Below, piece by piece: positions 28,496-39,096 of a stretch of DNA of 64,000 nucleotides. The notes beneath the pieces are model-generated. The model did not search any database and was not told the DNA's origin. It saw only the letters and a program-made list of their open reading frames with translations. The stretch's first letter is position 1. The number at the start of each line of letters is the position of its first letter. A program made the position numbers and the translations under genes. Source of the DNA: Candidatus Hydrogenedentota bacterium (GTDB lineage Bacteria > Hydrogenedentota > Hydrogenedentia > Hydrogenedentales > SLHB01); assembly GCA_029552745.1 (NCBI GenBank), contig JAKPDK010000167.1, forward strand, positions 73,973 to 137,972, in the 5' to 3' direction.

Positions 28496-29743
28496 TTACG
28501 ATTTCAAGCGATAGAGCACTTCACCGGCATGTTCCACTAAAAGCATGCCTTCGTGTTCCTTATCCCGCCAATCTTCGGGGTTGATGGTCGACGGATCGCG
28601 ATAGCCTAGATTGATGGATTCGCAGACATCGCGCGGGATTTGAGTGGCTAAGGTAACTTGTATCCTCGGCTTTTCAACGCCATTTTCGAACGTGCCAATG
28701 CCTCGGACATGCGTTGAATGCGCCAAGATTCCCCCGGGAACATCACGAAACTTATCCATTTGCGCCAGGAAATAATCGCGGGTGTGGTACCCGATACGCC
28801 GGATCAGTTTACCATGCGTGTAACTGATCTCCGAGATGTGCGGCGCATAGATGATAAGTTCGCCACCATCCGCTACCACAGGTTCCAGTTTATACATACA
28901 CTTCCCCGCCACCCAGATATCGTCGTACATTTCCGGCGCCATTGCCAACACACTGCGGTAGGGTTTTTCTTTGTAAACGATGTGGGTTTGTGCGGAAAGA
29001 TCGGCAGCGACACTCCAAGCCTCTTCCGGTTCCCCGTAAAAGATGCCGTGTGTCCGAGAGCCGGATACATTGAGACAAAAACATCGTTTCTCCAAGTGAA
29101 TCATCGATGCTGCTTTATCGATCACGGCACGAACCGGGGTATGTTTTGTGCCGTTGATGACCGGATTGGTGATCAAGGCGCCGAGCCAGTGAAACAAGTT
29201 CAGAATTTCGGCTCCTGCCACCCCGGGGAAGAAATACTTGTTGCCGCCGCTAAAGCCCACCACTTCATGTGGGAAAACGGGTCCCACGAGAATGACCCTG
29301 TCGTAATCAAATATCCGTTTGTTTACCAACACAGCGGCTTTTTGGCGCATCAACCCGTTGGAAAGTTCGGCGATCTCATCGGCTTCTATGGTACCGATGT
29401 GTTGGAGCCTATCGAGGTTTTGCCATTCGTGATTGAAAATGTTTACGGCGGCATAACGGGTGTTGCGTTCCTCCTGGTTTACGCCGATGAGACGATTGAT
29501 AGCATCTTCCGGCATAGGGGGATGCGTGCCCAAGGCGATCAAAAAATCTACGGCTTCCGCACGTCGTTCCGTCGCGGCGACCAGCGCCCGAAACATCGCG
29601 GGCATGGGCATACTGCGCGTACTATCGGGAATGATAAACAACAGACGTTTGCGGTCTATTGATTCATGCGCCAGCGCCTCATTTACAAAGTCAGCGATAT
29701 CCTCTTCGCTCAACGGCTGTTGAAGATTTACGTGTTGCATCAT
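28496..29743 (-). CDS. LarA (lactate racemase) family nickel-pincer racemase/epimerase
   Basis: IIPDSTRS, ALGTHPP, FNHEW, PHEVVGFSGGNKYFFPG, FHW. Confidence 0.85.
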   Translation of the reverse strand: MMQHVNLQQPLSEEDIADFVNEALAHESIDRKRLLFIIPDSTRSMPMPAMFRALVAATERRAEAVDFLIALGTHPPMPEDAINRLIGVNQEERNTRYAAVNIFNHEWQNLDRLQHIGTIEADEIAELSNGLMRQKAAVLVNKRIFDYDRVILVGPVFPHEVVGFSGGNKYFFPGVAGAEILNLFHWLGALITNPVINGTKHTPVRAVIDKAASMIHLEKRCFCLNVSGSRTHGIFYGEPEEAWSVAADLSAQTHIVYKEKPYRSVLAMAPEMYDDIWVAGKCMYKLEPVVADGGELIIYAPHISEISYTHGKLIRRIGYHTRDYFLAQMDKFRDVPGGILAHSTHVRGIGTFENGVEKPRIQVTLATQIPRDVCESINLGYRDPSTINPEDWRDKEHEGMLLVEHAGEVLYRLKS

Positions 29744-29753
29744 GACCCGATCC

Positions 29754-30926
29754 TCACTTGTGTGGACGCAGCCCGTCCTGTCGCGTACAGATAAACCCCA
29801 GACGCGTGAGAGCCCTCTCTAATTCTGGGTTTGACGGTTCGACGATCGCCCGTGTCAGGATAAACTCCCGACGACGCGGATACTGTTTCCTTAGCTTATC
29901 AAAATAAGCCCCGCGCCGCTCGGGCGGTTCCGCCAAAATACCTCGCATCGCTGCATCGTCCTTGCGCACATCGTACACCGCAAAAACCGCTTTCTGAATC
30001 TCGGACAACCAGTCCGACGCTGCGCCATTCAATCGCACCTCCGGACATTCCGGGGGCGGCAACAACGGCGACGGATCCCACGTGGGCTCTTTTCCCAAGA
30101 AACGACAAGCGGCTTCGTAAATCTGTCGTGTCCCGTTTACTTTACCGTCAAACGAATAGCCCGCAATGTGAGGCGTTCCAATGGACGCCCGTTCCAAAAG
30201 CGTTACGTCGATGTCCGGTTCCCGATCCCAGACATCAAGAACACACGCTTGAATCCGGCCACTGTCCAATGCGGCTTTTAGCGCCTGCTCCTCCACCACA
30301 GGTCCCCGCGAGCTATTGATGAAAATCGCGCCGAGCTTCAACTTTTCGAAAAATGGTCTGTTCGCCAGCCGATACGTAGCGTCTTCACCGTCTCGAGTCA
30401 GGGGTACATGCAGCGTAATAATATCGCATGCCAAGGCCTCCTCTAGGGGACGGTACACGGCGTCGCCGGTCTTGCGCGCTAACGGCGGATCGTTCAAGAC
30501 GCACGTTAGTCCCAAGCCTTCGGCTTTCCGGCGAACGTTACTACCCACATTACCAACTCCGATAATCCCTAGCGACATTTTCGGCAAATCCAGTGCAAAT
30601 CTCTCAGACAAGACCATCAAAGCAGAGACAATATAGTCCCCTACGCTATTGGCGTTGCACCCGGGCGCGCTGGCAAATCCGATACCGTGTTCCTGAAGGT
30701 ATGCCTTGTCCACATGGTCTTCACCGATCGTTGCCGAAGCGACGAATCTCACCCCCGTCCCCTCCAACAACGCCCGGTTCACTCGAGTAATGGAACGCAC
30801 CAACAGCATGTCCGCATCGCGCAGGCATTCTGACGTGATGGCGCGCCCACTCAACGTTTTGACGTTGCCGAGAGATTCGAAGGCTTCCCGGACATACGGG
30901 ATATTTTCATCTGCAATAATGTTCAT
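29754..30926 (-). CDS. pdxB: Erythronate-4-phosphate dehydrogenase
   Basis: ADENIPY, LLVRSIT, ATIGEDH, APGCNANSV, GVGNVG, TPHIAGYSFDGK, FDKLRKQYPRRRE. Confidence 0.9.
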   Translation of the reverse strand: MNIIADENIPYVREAFESLGNVKTLSGRAITSECLRDADMLLVRSITRVNRALLEGTGVRFVASATIGEDHVDKAYLQEHGIGFASAPGCNANSVGDYIVSALMVLSERFALDLPKMSLGIIGVGNVGSNVRRKAEGLGLTCVLNDPPLARKTGDAVYRPLEEALACDIITLHVPLTRDGEDATYRLANRPFFEKLKLGAIFINSSRGPVVEEQALKAALDSGRIQACVLDVWDREPDIDVTLLERASIGTPHIAGYSFDGKVNGTRQIYEAACRFLGKEPTWDPSPLLPPPECPEVRLNGAASDWLSEIQKAVFAVYDVRKDDAAMRGILAEPPERRGAYFDKLRKQYPRRREFILTRAIVEPSNPELERALTRLGFICTRQDGLRPHK

Positions 30927-30952
30927 CGGCGTTGGTTAGCGGACGTTTATCG

Positions 30953-31843
30953 CTATCTCTTCCACGGAGGTACTTCCGGAAGATACCGCTCAAACTCTTT
31001 CAAAAGGCCTGCTTCGTACTCTTCCGTGTACGCGCCCGCGAAAAACTTGTCCAGAGCCTCTTCGTACAACCGCTGCCAAGATGTCTCCTCGTCGCCCGGA
31101 TTGATGGGATAGAAGAAGGCGCCGTTTGCACGAGCCGCTTTTAAGTCACCGTAGGCGTCGCCTATCATCAGCATATTCTTCTTCTCATATCGGCCTTCCG
31201 AGGCATAGGCGATGTGCTGCGCTTTTGTGCCCATTTCTTGTCCCGCGATGGCAAACACATACTTTGCCAAATCTTGCTCCTGCCACTCCCGCACCAGGGC
31301 TTCCGTAGGGGTCTGTGAACACACCAGTAGATCGGCGTGCTGCTTGGCTTTCTCCAGGCTTTCCCGTACAAACGGAAACGGAGGCAACCCTTTGTCCACG
31401 ATGTCCGCTACCGTGGCATTCACGGCTTTGCTCCATTTCAACGTACGGTGCATATCCGGCTCGTCATGTTCTTTACAGTATGCCTCAAGAGCCGGGTTGC
31501 CCAGCTTCGTTTCTGTCTTTATCCAGCGGCGAAGATTGGGCACCTCCGGCAAACGGAACCCGCGCTGCTTCACCTTGTCCCAATCGGCGAGCAGGTCAAA
31601 CGTACGAACCAACGCAGGAAACCGGTTTTCACCGCGCCACTTCGAGTATAGGTTCACAAATTCCGCCGCGGCACGGGCGTATTTGGAAATGGGCTGTAAT
31701 TCCCAATGCTTGATGATGTTGGGGATGAAACACTCTTTCTGTTTAATCTCCATCGTATCGAAGGCGCATCCATCCGAGTCAATGGCAATGAAATACTCGT
31801 GCTGTGGTTTGTGTTCTTTCAGTACTGCTGTGGGATCGCTCAT
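30953..31843 (-). CDS. HAD-family hydrolase
   Basis: IDSDGCAFD motif I, K motif, MIGDAYGD motif IV. Confidence 0.8.
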   Translation of the reverse strand: MSDPTAVLKEHKPQHEYFIAIDSDGCAFDTMEIKQKECFIPNIIKHWELQPISKYARAAAEFVNLYSKWRGENRFPALVRTFDLLADWDKVKQRGFRLPEVPNLRRWIKTETKLGNPALEAYCKEHDEPDMHRTLKWSKAVNATVADIVDKGLPPFPFVRESLEKAKQHADLLVCSQTPTEALVREWQEQDLAKYVFAIAGQEMGTKAQHIAYASEGRYEKKNMLMIGDAYGDLKAARANGAFFYPINPGDEETSWQRLYEEALDKFFAGAYTEEYEAGLLKEFERYLPEVPPWKR

Positions 31844-31885
31844 GGTTCTCATACCCTTTCTGACTTCACGTTATCTCTACGTTTC

Positions 31886-32716
31886 TCATACACCCGAGAA
31901 GGCGCTGAATCCACCATCCACTGGTACCACAATCCCTGTGACAAAGCGCGAGGCATCGGAGGCAAGCCAAATCGCCGTCCCGATTAGGTCCTCCGGTTTC
32001 CCAAACTCACCCAACGGCGTATGTTGAATAATGGTTTTGCCCCGAGCCGTCAATTCTCCCGTCTTTTCATCCGTGAGAAGGTATCGGTTTTGGTCTGTCA
32101 AAAAGAACCCTGGGGCGATGGCATTCACTCGAAGCTTTGTACTGTATTCTTGAGCCAGATGTACCGCGAGCCATTGAGTAAAATTACTCACAGCGGCTTT
32201 TGCTGCGCTATAACCCGGAATGCGTGTGAGGGGACGAATTGCATTCATGGACGAAATATTAATGATTGATGCGCCGTCCGGGTTGTCTTTCATACGAGCG
32301 CAAAACACCTGCGAAGGCACAATCACGCCGCCAATAAGATTTAGATCGATCACCTTGCGCAAGGCATCGGCAGGGATATCAAAAAACGTCTGCTCGGGAG
32401 ACGTTGTTGCCGCTTTCATATTGCCCCCGACGCAATTCACCAAAATGTGAACCCCACCGAAATCAGCGTAGATGGCGTCACACGCACGAATAATTGATTC
32501 CCGCTGAAATACGTCCAGTTCGTACGGTTTCGCCGTCCCCCCTTGTGCCCGAATTTCATCGCACTTACGTGCTGCGGCATCCGGCGCCACATCGGCAATT
32601 GCCACCTGAGCGCCAGCAGAAGCCAGACCCATGGCAATCGCGCCTCCTAATACACCACCTCCACCGGTCACTACGGCTGTCTTCCCTGCTAAATGAAACA
32701 TAGAAGTCTGAGACAT
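31886..32716 (-). CDS. SDR oxidoreductase, D-mannonate oxidoreductase/fructuronate reductase-like
   Basis: TGGGGVLG, NISSM, PLTRIPGYSAAK, NAIAPGFF, VDGGFSAFSGV. Confidence 0.8.
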   Translation of the reverse strand: MSQTSMFHLAGKTAVVTGGGGVLGGAIAMGLASAGAQVAIADVAPDAAARKCDEIRAQGGTAKPYELDVFQRESIIRACDAIYADFGGVHILVNCVGGNMKAATTSPEQTFFDIPADALRKVIDLNLIGGVIVPSQVFCARMKDNPDGASIINISSMNAIRPLTRIPGYSAAKAAVSNFTQWLAVHLAQEYSTKLRVNAIAPGFFLTDQNRYLLTDEKTGELTARGKTIIQHTPLGEFGKPEDLIGTAIWLASDASRFVTGIVVPVDGGFSAFSGV

Positions 32717-33132
32717 TTTCCCCTGTTGCTCCTTTGTTGTGAACTCGTATGTGAGGTACAGCCGCTCGTAAAGGCTGCATCTCGGACTCTATCCAGTGCA
32801 CTTGGCTTTGTTAACGCGAGGGAGGAACACGTCACACCAAGTGTCCCATACTCTAGCAAACTTGGGTGCCTTTTCGCACCTTTCTGCTTTGGCAAAGGTA
32901 AGCACATAACGCCACGCTGATTGAAGAAGAGTGGGTTTCGCCGGGTATTCGAAATTGAGTCCCCGTATTTTTGGCTTAATGCCAAGCGTTTTTGAACGCG
33001 GGGTCCTGTTGAAAAGCGGCGCCATGAAGTGTACAACTAACAGAAGTTCGTCTTTCCGAATTCGACGGTTCCCGCCATAAGGCTTAGACCGTCTGAGAAG
33101 TATTTGAGTTTCGTTGAAGGCTTGTCGGGGTA

Positions 33133-35250
33133 ATGTCCACAAGAAATGAGATCGGACTGCAAACATCGAGCCACCCGCTGCTAGTTAACTGGAGGCTCTG
33201 CGGTATCTGCCTGTTCATCTGCATCGGATTGTGGAGCACCGCGGGGTCGGCAAAGAGCACGGTGTCGGATTCGGAGGCAGTTCTCCGTCTGATTTGGCAG
33301 GCAGGCAACGCAGCGACGGATGAAGAACGGCTGAATTTGCTTCTCCAACTGGCAAAACGCACGGACTTATCGCCCGCGCTCAAGGCCGATGTTTCCCGAC
33401 TTGTCCACGAGATCGAAGAATGGATTCATAATCCCGACCTACCGTATTTTTGGCGCAAGATCCGGCTGTCTGGAACATACGACTTTGGTATCGCCGAAAA
33501 ATCGCCCCTGTTCCCGATCGTACAGTTTTACCATGCGCGGATGATCGTTTGGGTCGTGTTGGAGTCTGGCGACATCTGGGGCAACCCCAACCGGCGGCGG
33601 ACCATGTTGGATAATGCGCGCGCCCTGTTTGAAGATGCGGCAGCCGCTTTCCCGGAAAACCCGGTTATCCGCATGTATCTGGGTGAACCGATCCCGCCCC
33701 GGCGCCACTATCCTGCCGTACCGGGGGCACCGGAATGGGCTGTTTATCAGCGCGAGGCGCTCGAACGATTAACAGACATCATCACGTGGTGGATCGATCA
33801 CCGGATGCAGGAGAGCGGGGCGTTTGGCGGCGGATGGGGGGACGACTGTGAGATGTGGCGATGGTGGACTCCGGTGCTGATCGGTTTCCATGACCCTAAG
33901 ATTACCGCCGCACAAGCCCGGTTCTCGCGCGCGATGTTCGAGCAAAAACACATGAAAGACGGATACACAAGCCACCTATACGACGTCGAGCACACGGCGG
34001 AAGACTCCGCGGATACCCTGACCCCGATGATGCATCTCGAGCCCGACAATCCGGAATGGAGCGCCCGCGTTCTTCGACTCGCGGACCTCATGGAGACGCT
34101 TTGGACCGGTGTGAATGAGCGCGGCATGCTTCAGTTTAAGAGCACCTATTTTAACGCGACCCGCGTGGACGACTCGCCCCGCCGTGCTTGCGATACGCCG
34201 ATGCATGTACGTGCCATGCAGCCTACTTTGTTGTATTGGCAACGTACCGGCGATGCACGACTGACTCGACTGTTCCGTGCATGGATGGATACGTGGGTAG
34301 ATGCCGCGGCACGCGCAGAACGAGGCAAGCCCGCCGGCGTTCTGCCCAGCGCCATCCACTGGCCGGATGGCCGCATCGGCGGCCTTGGTGAGAAGTGGTG
34401 GGACCCCGAAAACCACACGGAGGACCCCCTGTATGTATGGCCAAGCGCATTGAATCAGATGGCATACGCCCTGCTCCTAACCCATCATATGACAGGGGAG
34501 GACAAATATCTCGAGCCGATTCGCGTTCTGGCAGCGCTCCGCCTGCGCTATCTCACCGAAAATCCCCCCGGTCCTCTGGAAGAGGGTTCCGAGATGTGGT
34601 GTGGCTCGAAGCTAGGTCGTATCACCGGAGTAATCGCCAAGTATCGCTACCTCACCGGTGACAGAACGTTCGACGATCTGCTCCGGGGCGAAGCTAGTCC
34701 CTATGCTGCTTTTTGTTACTACGGAGAAGGCGGCGCCCTCTCGTTGGCGTTGCGAAACACGGCGGAGGCGTTGCGACTGAACTTCGAAGGTTACACGAGC
34801 GAAGTGCGGTACACAGACCGCGTGTTGCGGTTTCCCTCGTTGTTCGGTCAAAACGGCATGTACCCGGAGCCCGTAGTGTCCATCCGAGTACCGGACCCTG
34901 CCCTCTTGTACTCTACCGTCACGGGAGATATGGGAGATGCGCTCTATTTTCCCCTTAATGCGGTGCGTTGGTTGACGCCGCCCCGTGATATCGCCGCGCT
35001 GGTGACAGATTGCAGCAATGAGACCTTCGAGGCGCGGTTGTTTCACTTCGGTACAACCCCACGCCAAGTGGACGCGGAACTATATCTCTTAAAGCCGGGT
35101 TCCTATGAGTTGACCCTGCGCGAGTCGGCTTCTCCGACTACCGTTTTGACATCATCCATGTTCGAGGTATCAGGCCTCCGTTGTCGCGTATCGTTTGAGT
35201 TGCCGCCCCGTCGCCTCTGTGTCATGCGAGTCAGCCGTGTAAGCCACTGA
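33133..35250 (+). CDS. Secreted hypothetical protein, probable alpha/alpha-barrel
   Basis: Long ORF with signal-peptide-like N-terminus; GGGWGDDCE motif; no confident family. Confidence 0.65.
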   Translation: MSTRNEIGLQTSSHPLLVNWRLCGICLFICIGLWSTAGSAKSTVSDSEAVLRLIWQAGNAATDEERLNLLLQLAKRTDLSPALKADVSRLVHEIEEWIHNPDLPYFWRKIRLSGTYDFGIAEKSPLFPIVQFYHARMIVWVVLESGDIWGNPNRRRTMLDNARALFEDAAAAFPENPVIRMYLGEPIPPRRHYPAVPGAPEWAVYQREALERLTDIITWWIDHRMQESGAFGGGWGDDCEMWRWWTPVLIGFHDPKITAAQARFSRAMFEQKHMKDGYTSHLYDVEHTAEDSADTLTPMMHLEPDNPEWSARVLRLADLMETLWTGVNERGMLQFKSTYFNATRVDDSPRRACDTPMHVRAMQPTLLYWQRTGDARLTRLFRAWMDTWVDAAARAERGKPAGVLPSAIHWPDGRIGGLGEKWWDPENHTEDPLYVWPSALNQMAYALLLTHHMTGEDKYLEPIRVLAALRLRYLTENPPGPLEEGSEMWCGSKLGRITGVIAKYRYLTGDRTFDDLLRGEASPYAAFCYYGEGGALSLALRNTAEALRLNFEGYTSEVRYTDRVLRFPSLFGQNGMYPEPVVSIRVPDPALLYSTVTGDMGDALYFPLNAVRWLTPPRDIAALVTDCSNETFEARLFHFGTTPRQVDAELYLLKPGSYELTLRESASPTTVLTSSMFEVSGLRCRVSFELPPRRLCVMRVSRVSH

Positions 35251-35282
35251 TTGTTTTGTGCGCCTTGCCATTGTTCCCCTCT

Positions 35283-35519
35283 TGTCGTCGCGAGGAGCGA
35301 GTCTTCGAAGCGACGAAGCAATCCCCCTCAACCGCATAGCGCAAGAAGGCCTAGAGCAGGGGCAGGCCAAGACCTCTCCTAATTGCCAAGGGGATTGCCG
35401 CCTCGCCCCTTTGGGGTTCTTCGCAATGACAATCAGGAAGTGTAGGGCAGGGGTCAGGGTCATCTCCTTATTTCCCAGGGGATTGCCACGTCGCCCCTTC
35501 GGGGCTCCTCGCAATGACA
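35283..35519. repeat. Full palindromic element (35283-35431) plus extra right arm (35478-35519)
   Basis: Matches the TGTCATTGCGAG family with substitutions. Confidence 0.85.
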
Positions 35520-35644
35520 ACCGTGGAGGCGTAGAACAAGAGGGCGTGCGGACGGGTCGGATGGTCAAGTTGGAAAGGGTTTGCGAGGGTAAGATGTGGT
35601 AATCTATTGGAACCTCATTAGCTTGGTTTGTGATAAAGCTCACT

Positions 35645-36340
35645 ATGAATGTTGATTTTCGCAAAGAAACTCCTGAATCGTTTCGCCGGACACTCGTACA
35701 AATTCAGCTTGCCGGGGTCTTGTGTCTCACGTTTTGGGCGCTTGCCCTATTCCTTTTAGGCACGTGGGAGCCGGACCCCTATGCTGAAGCGTGGCGGCTG
35801 ATCGTTGGGCAACTATTGGTTGGCAGGGCATATAGCGTGTCCGCTGGGCTGAAACATGGGTTCCCGAAGTTTTTTCTTTTGGCCCAATGCTCTTTACAGG
35901 ATATGGTTATTCTTCTCGTCCTCTATCCCATCATTGTGGGTGGCTATCGACGAATTGTTGAGTACCGCTTTTTAGGGGACGCGCTGGCAAATATCCGTGC
36001 CACGGCGGAACGACACAAGGAGTCCGTCGCGAAATATGGCGTTGTCGGGCTTGTGGCGTTTGTGTTTTTCCCTTTGTGGAGTACGGGGGCACTTGCCGGC
36101 GGCGTTATTGGGTACTTGTTAGGCATGCGCACACGGGATGTTTTCTCTGCGGTCATTGTAGGGAACTTTTTATCCGTGGCATGTTGGCTATGGCTCTTTG
36201 ATCAGATGCGGCGCTTTTCCGAGGTTTTCGGCGACATCATTCCCGGGTTGATTCTCTTTACTGCCCTCGGTGTTGCTGCGTTTATGCGTTTCTATCGTTT
36301 TCGCAGTGGATCTGACCGGAAAAACGGCCCATTCCCTTAA
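35645..36340 (+). CDS. Membrane protein, putative small multidrug export family
   Basis: Several TM helices; KYGVVGLVAFVFFPLWSTGALAG pattern. Confidence 0.6.
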   Translation: MNVDFRKETPESFRRTLVQIQLAGVLCLTFWALALFLLGTWEPDPYAEAWRLIVGQLLVGRAYSVSAGLKHGFPKFFLLAQCSLQDMVILLVLYPIIVGGYRRIVEYRFLGDALANIRATAERHKESVAKYGVVGLVAFVFFPLWSTGALAGGVIGYLLGMRTRDVFSAVIVGNFLSVACWLWLFDQMRRFSEVFGDIIPGLILFTALGVAAFMRFYRFRSGSDRKNGPFP

Positions 36341-36368
36341 TTCCATCCTGGGAAAGTGAAGAAACGCC

Positions 36369-38663
36369 TTATGGCGAATCTGGCGGTGTAATTGAGGTGT
36401 ATACCCCTGCCGGAACAGCAACAGAATCAGGTTCTGTGATGCGGAAATAGAAGCCCCATCGAGCTCCGGTTTGGGAGATTTTGAGAAGTACACTCGAAGT
36501 GCCTTGTGGCAACGAAGTCAAAACCACATCCTCATCCGGTGAGGCGCTACGCAACACCTTGTTATTCCAGATCTCCTGGCCGCTGAGAAACACTTTTACG
36601 GCATCGTTGCTACCCAGCCGAAACGCGACCGGTTTTGGACCACCGTCCACAGTCACCCAGCATAATGCGTACGCGCAGGTCCAATCCGTGTCGTCAAACT
36701 CGTTGAGTAAGTCTACATACCCGGTCCATTCGGGGGTTCGGTTCGGTCTCCAAGTCACTTCCTTACCATTCTTGCCCGTATAAACGGCACCGATGTTGAT
36801 TTCCTTTTCGGGCGGGTAGACACGGTCATGTCCGTCCATTCCTTGGTTGTCGAAAGGACCGCAAAGCAGCCATTTGTTAATGAAACCTTGCTCTTTTGCA
36901 AAACGATCCGCCAGATAGACCATTGTTTTTTCTTTTGCGATTCTCGCGAGCAGGAAATCTTCGTTGAGGGTTGCCATATGGTCGATAACGCGATTGAGTC
37001 GTTCCATCTGCGCTTTGTACTGTTCATACGTCACGGACGGATCCGGACGACGTAGTGCGAGATAGGCGTCCATCTCCTCAAAAGAAAGCCGCACCATTTC
37101 GATTCTTCTCTGGATTAATTCCGGCACGGATCTGGATTCTGCGGCTGCGAGTGCGGCTCGACATCGTTCCACTATCTCGGAGGTGAAATACTTGGGATAG
37201 GTTGCAATGCCCCAGGGAACTTTTTCCTCCAACCCGGCAAAAACCACGTTAAGACTGTCGTAATATCGCTTCATGACCGGTGCGGCATCCCCAAAAAACG
37301 CCTGGAGCATGTCTTCAAAAACATGGTTCTCGTCTTGATTTGGGTCCCACATAAACTGTGCGGCAACGTAGTAATTCGGAAAATAAGGTGCCCAGGAGTC
37401 TTGCCCTTCAAACGATACCCCCGTGACGCCGATTTGCCGGTACACCGCCATCTCCTTGGCATGCGCAGACCACATCGGCCAAGGCAGCCCGCCGCTGTAA
37501 GGCACAGGGTCATATTCATAAATGTGAACGTGAGGGGTGAGTTCACACCATTTCTCGAGTAATGCGCGAAACTCTTGGCGCGAAGAGCACTCCTTGTCGC
37601 CCACGCCATGAGCCGAACAGTACATGCTACTCGTCGCAAAAATACAGGTCTTCTTATTCACAGGCGTTTTCGACGGAGGCAAGGTGTGTCGCTCGGAGTA
37701 AGAGTAAGTGGTCACCATGAGATTGGGGTAATCTTCTTGGAGCCCTTCGAGAACCTGGTTCAAAAAGGTCTGATACCGGTCCGCTACGCTAGGCCGTCCG
37801 CTCGTATCGATCATGCCCGTATCCAGCGCTGTACACGCATCGCACTCACAAAAGTCCTGATTGTCATCCGGACATAAAGAGTACGACTCCACATCCGGGT
37901 TTGCTTTCATGTAATCCTTGATTGATTGAATGACAAGGGCAACGACTTCCGGATTCGAGGTACAAATTTGAGTATTTTGGCGTTTCCCATTTACCAGCGC
38001 GTATAAATCCGGGCGTTTTTCAAACGGAGCAAGTCGCTCTAACGTAGTCGTGAGATTATGGCCATGCATAATGCGCGGACGGTACATGCGATTTCGCCGG
38101 AGCCAATCCGACAAACGTATCTGTCCTTCGGGCGAACAACCATACGCATACCAGATGTCGCGATAGGAAAAAGCCGGTTGTTCCCGGCGTCGTCCCGTAG
38201 GCAAACATAGGTCCTTCCCGGTAGGCAGACACTCCCCAATGTCGCCCGGCATGATCCAGCGGAATCCCAGATCACGCAGTAAGGTATACACGCCATGACT
38301 AGTACCTACGGGACTACCCCCTAGCGCCCAAATGCCTTCCGATGTAACCCGCAGTTCAAACTCCTCTTTGTCCAGCGGTGGAACATCGTGCAGTGGGGGC
38401 TCCCACTCCTGCCACTCCCCAATATACAACGGGATTAGCCCCGACTGAGGTTCCCGGCTCAACTTCGCGCCTGTGGCACGCTCGATGCACCCGATAAAAT
38501 CATTCACCACCGTCTCGTTTAATCCTTTCGGATTAACGTCGGTTACGATGTACACATTGGGTTTCCCCTCATGCACAAGATACACAGACGGAGGATCTGC
38601 CAGAGCTTGGATAAAGACGCCCGTAACGACTAGGAGAAGAGAGAAGGAACAAGCAGGTTTCAT
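36369..38663 (-). CDS. Secreted DUF4838-domain protein (glycoside-hydrolase-like)
   Basis: Signal peptide, LGFRWIMPG, PAFSYR, QICTSNP, CPDDNQDFCECDAC, C-terminal WLLCGPFDN beta module. Confidence 0.7.
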   Translation of the reverse strand: MKPACSFSLLLVVTGVFIQALADPPSVYLVHEGKPNVYIVTDVNPKGLNETVVNDFIGCIERATGAKLSREPQSGLIPLYIGEWQEWEPPLHDVPPLDKEEFELRVTSEGIWALGGSPVGTSHGVYTLLRDLGFRWIMPGDIGECLPTGKDLCLPTGRRREQPAFSYRDIWYAYGCSPEGQIRLSDWLRRNRMYRPRIMHGHNLTTTLERLAPFEKRPDLYALVNGKRQNTQICTSNPEVVALVIQSIKDYMKANPDVESYSLCPDDNQDFCECDACTALDTGMIDTSGRPSVADRYQTFLNQVLEGLQEDYPNLMVTTYSYSERHTLPPSKTPVNKKTCIFATSSMYCSAHGVGDKECSSRQEFRALLEKWCELTPHVHIYEYDPVPYSGGLPWPMWSAHAKEMAVYRQIGVTGVSFEGQDSWAPYFPNYYVAAQFMWDPNQDENHVFEDMLQAFFGDAAPVMKRYYDSLNVVFAGLEEKVPWGIATYPKYFTSEIVERCRAALAAAESRSVPELIQRRIEMVRLSFEEMDAYLALRRPDPSVTYEQYKAQMERLNRVIDHMATLNEDFLLARIAKEKTMVYLADRFAKEQGFINKWLLCGPFDNQGMDGHDRVYPPEKEINIGAVYTGKNGKEVTWRPNRTPEWTGYVDLLNEFDDTDWTCAYALCWVTVDGGPKPVAFRLGSNDAVKVFLSGQEIWNNKVLRSASPDEDVVLTSLPQGTSSVLLKISQTGARWGFYFRITEPDSVAVPAGVYTSITPPDSP

Positions 38664-38791
38664 GTTAGGACTCCTCCATGTGTCGATGCCTTTAAGAAGT
38701 CTTACTTAACGATAGCCCCCAGCCTTACTGTATGTCAATTGCCCATAACCATTGCCTCACGCTTGACCGTTCCATCGCATATCCCCCCTCT

Positions 38792-38939
38792 TGTCATTGC
38801 GAGGAGCGGAGTCTTCGAAGCGACGAATCAATCCCCTCAACCGCGCAGCGCAAGAGAACGCAGGACAAAGATGGCGGCCTCTCCCTGAACATCCGAGGGG
38901 ATTGCCACGTCGCGCCTCACGGCACTCCTCGCAATGACA
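38792..38939. repeat. Single full ~148-bp palindromic element
   Basis: 15-bp terminal inverted repeat TGTCATTGCGAGGAG / CTCCTCGCAATGACA. Confidence 0.9.
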
Positions 38940-39096
38940 GCGCGGGAAACGAAGGAGAAGCGGACCCCGCGCAAACCGTCCATTTAATAAAGAAAGGGGC
39001 GTTATCGCCTAGCGCTTGCCGGAGATTTTCTTTTTGTTCCGGCTCTCTGATATGATGCGCAACCCCAAAGTAGTTTAATCAACATGAAAATAGAAA

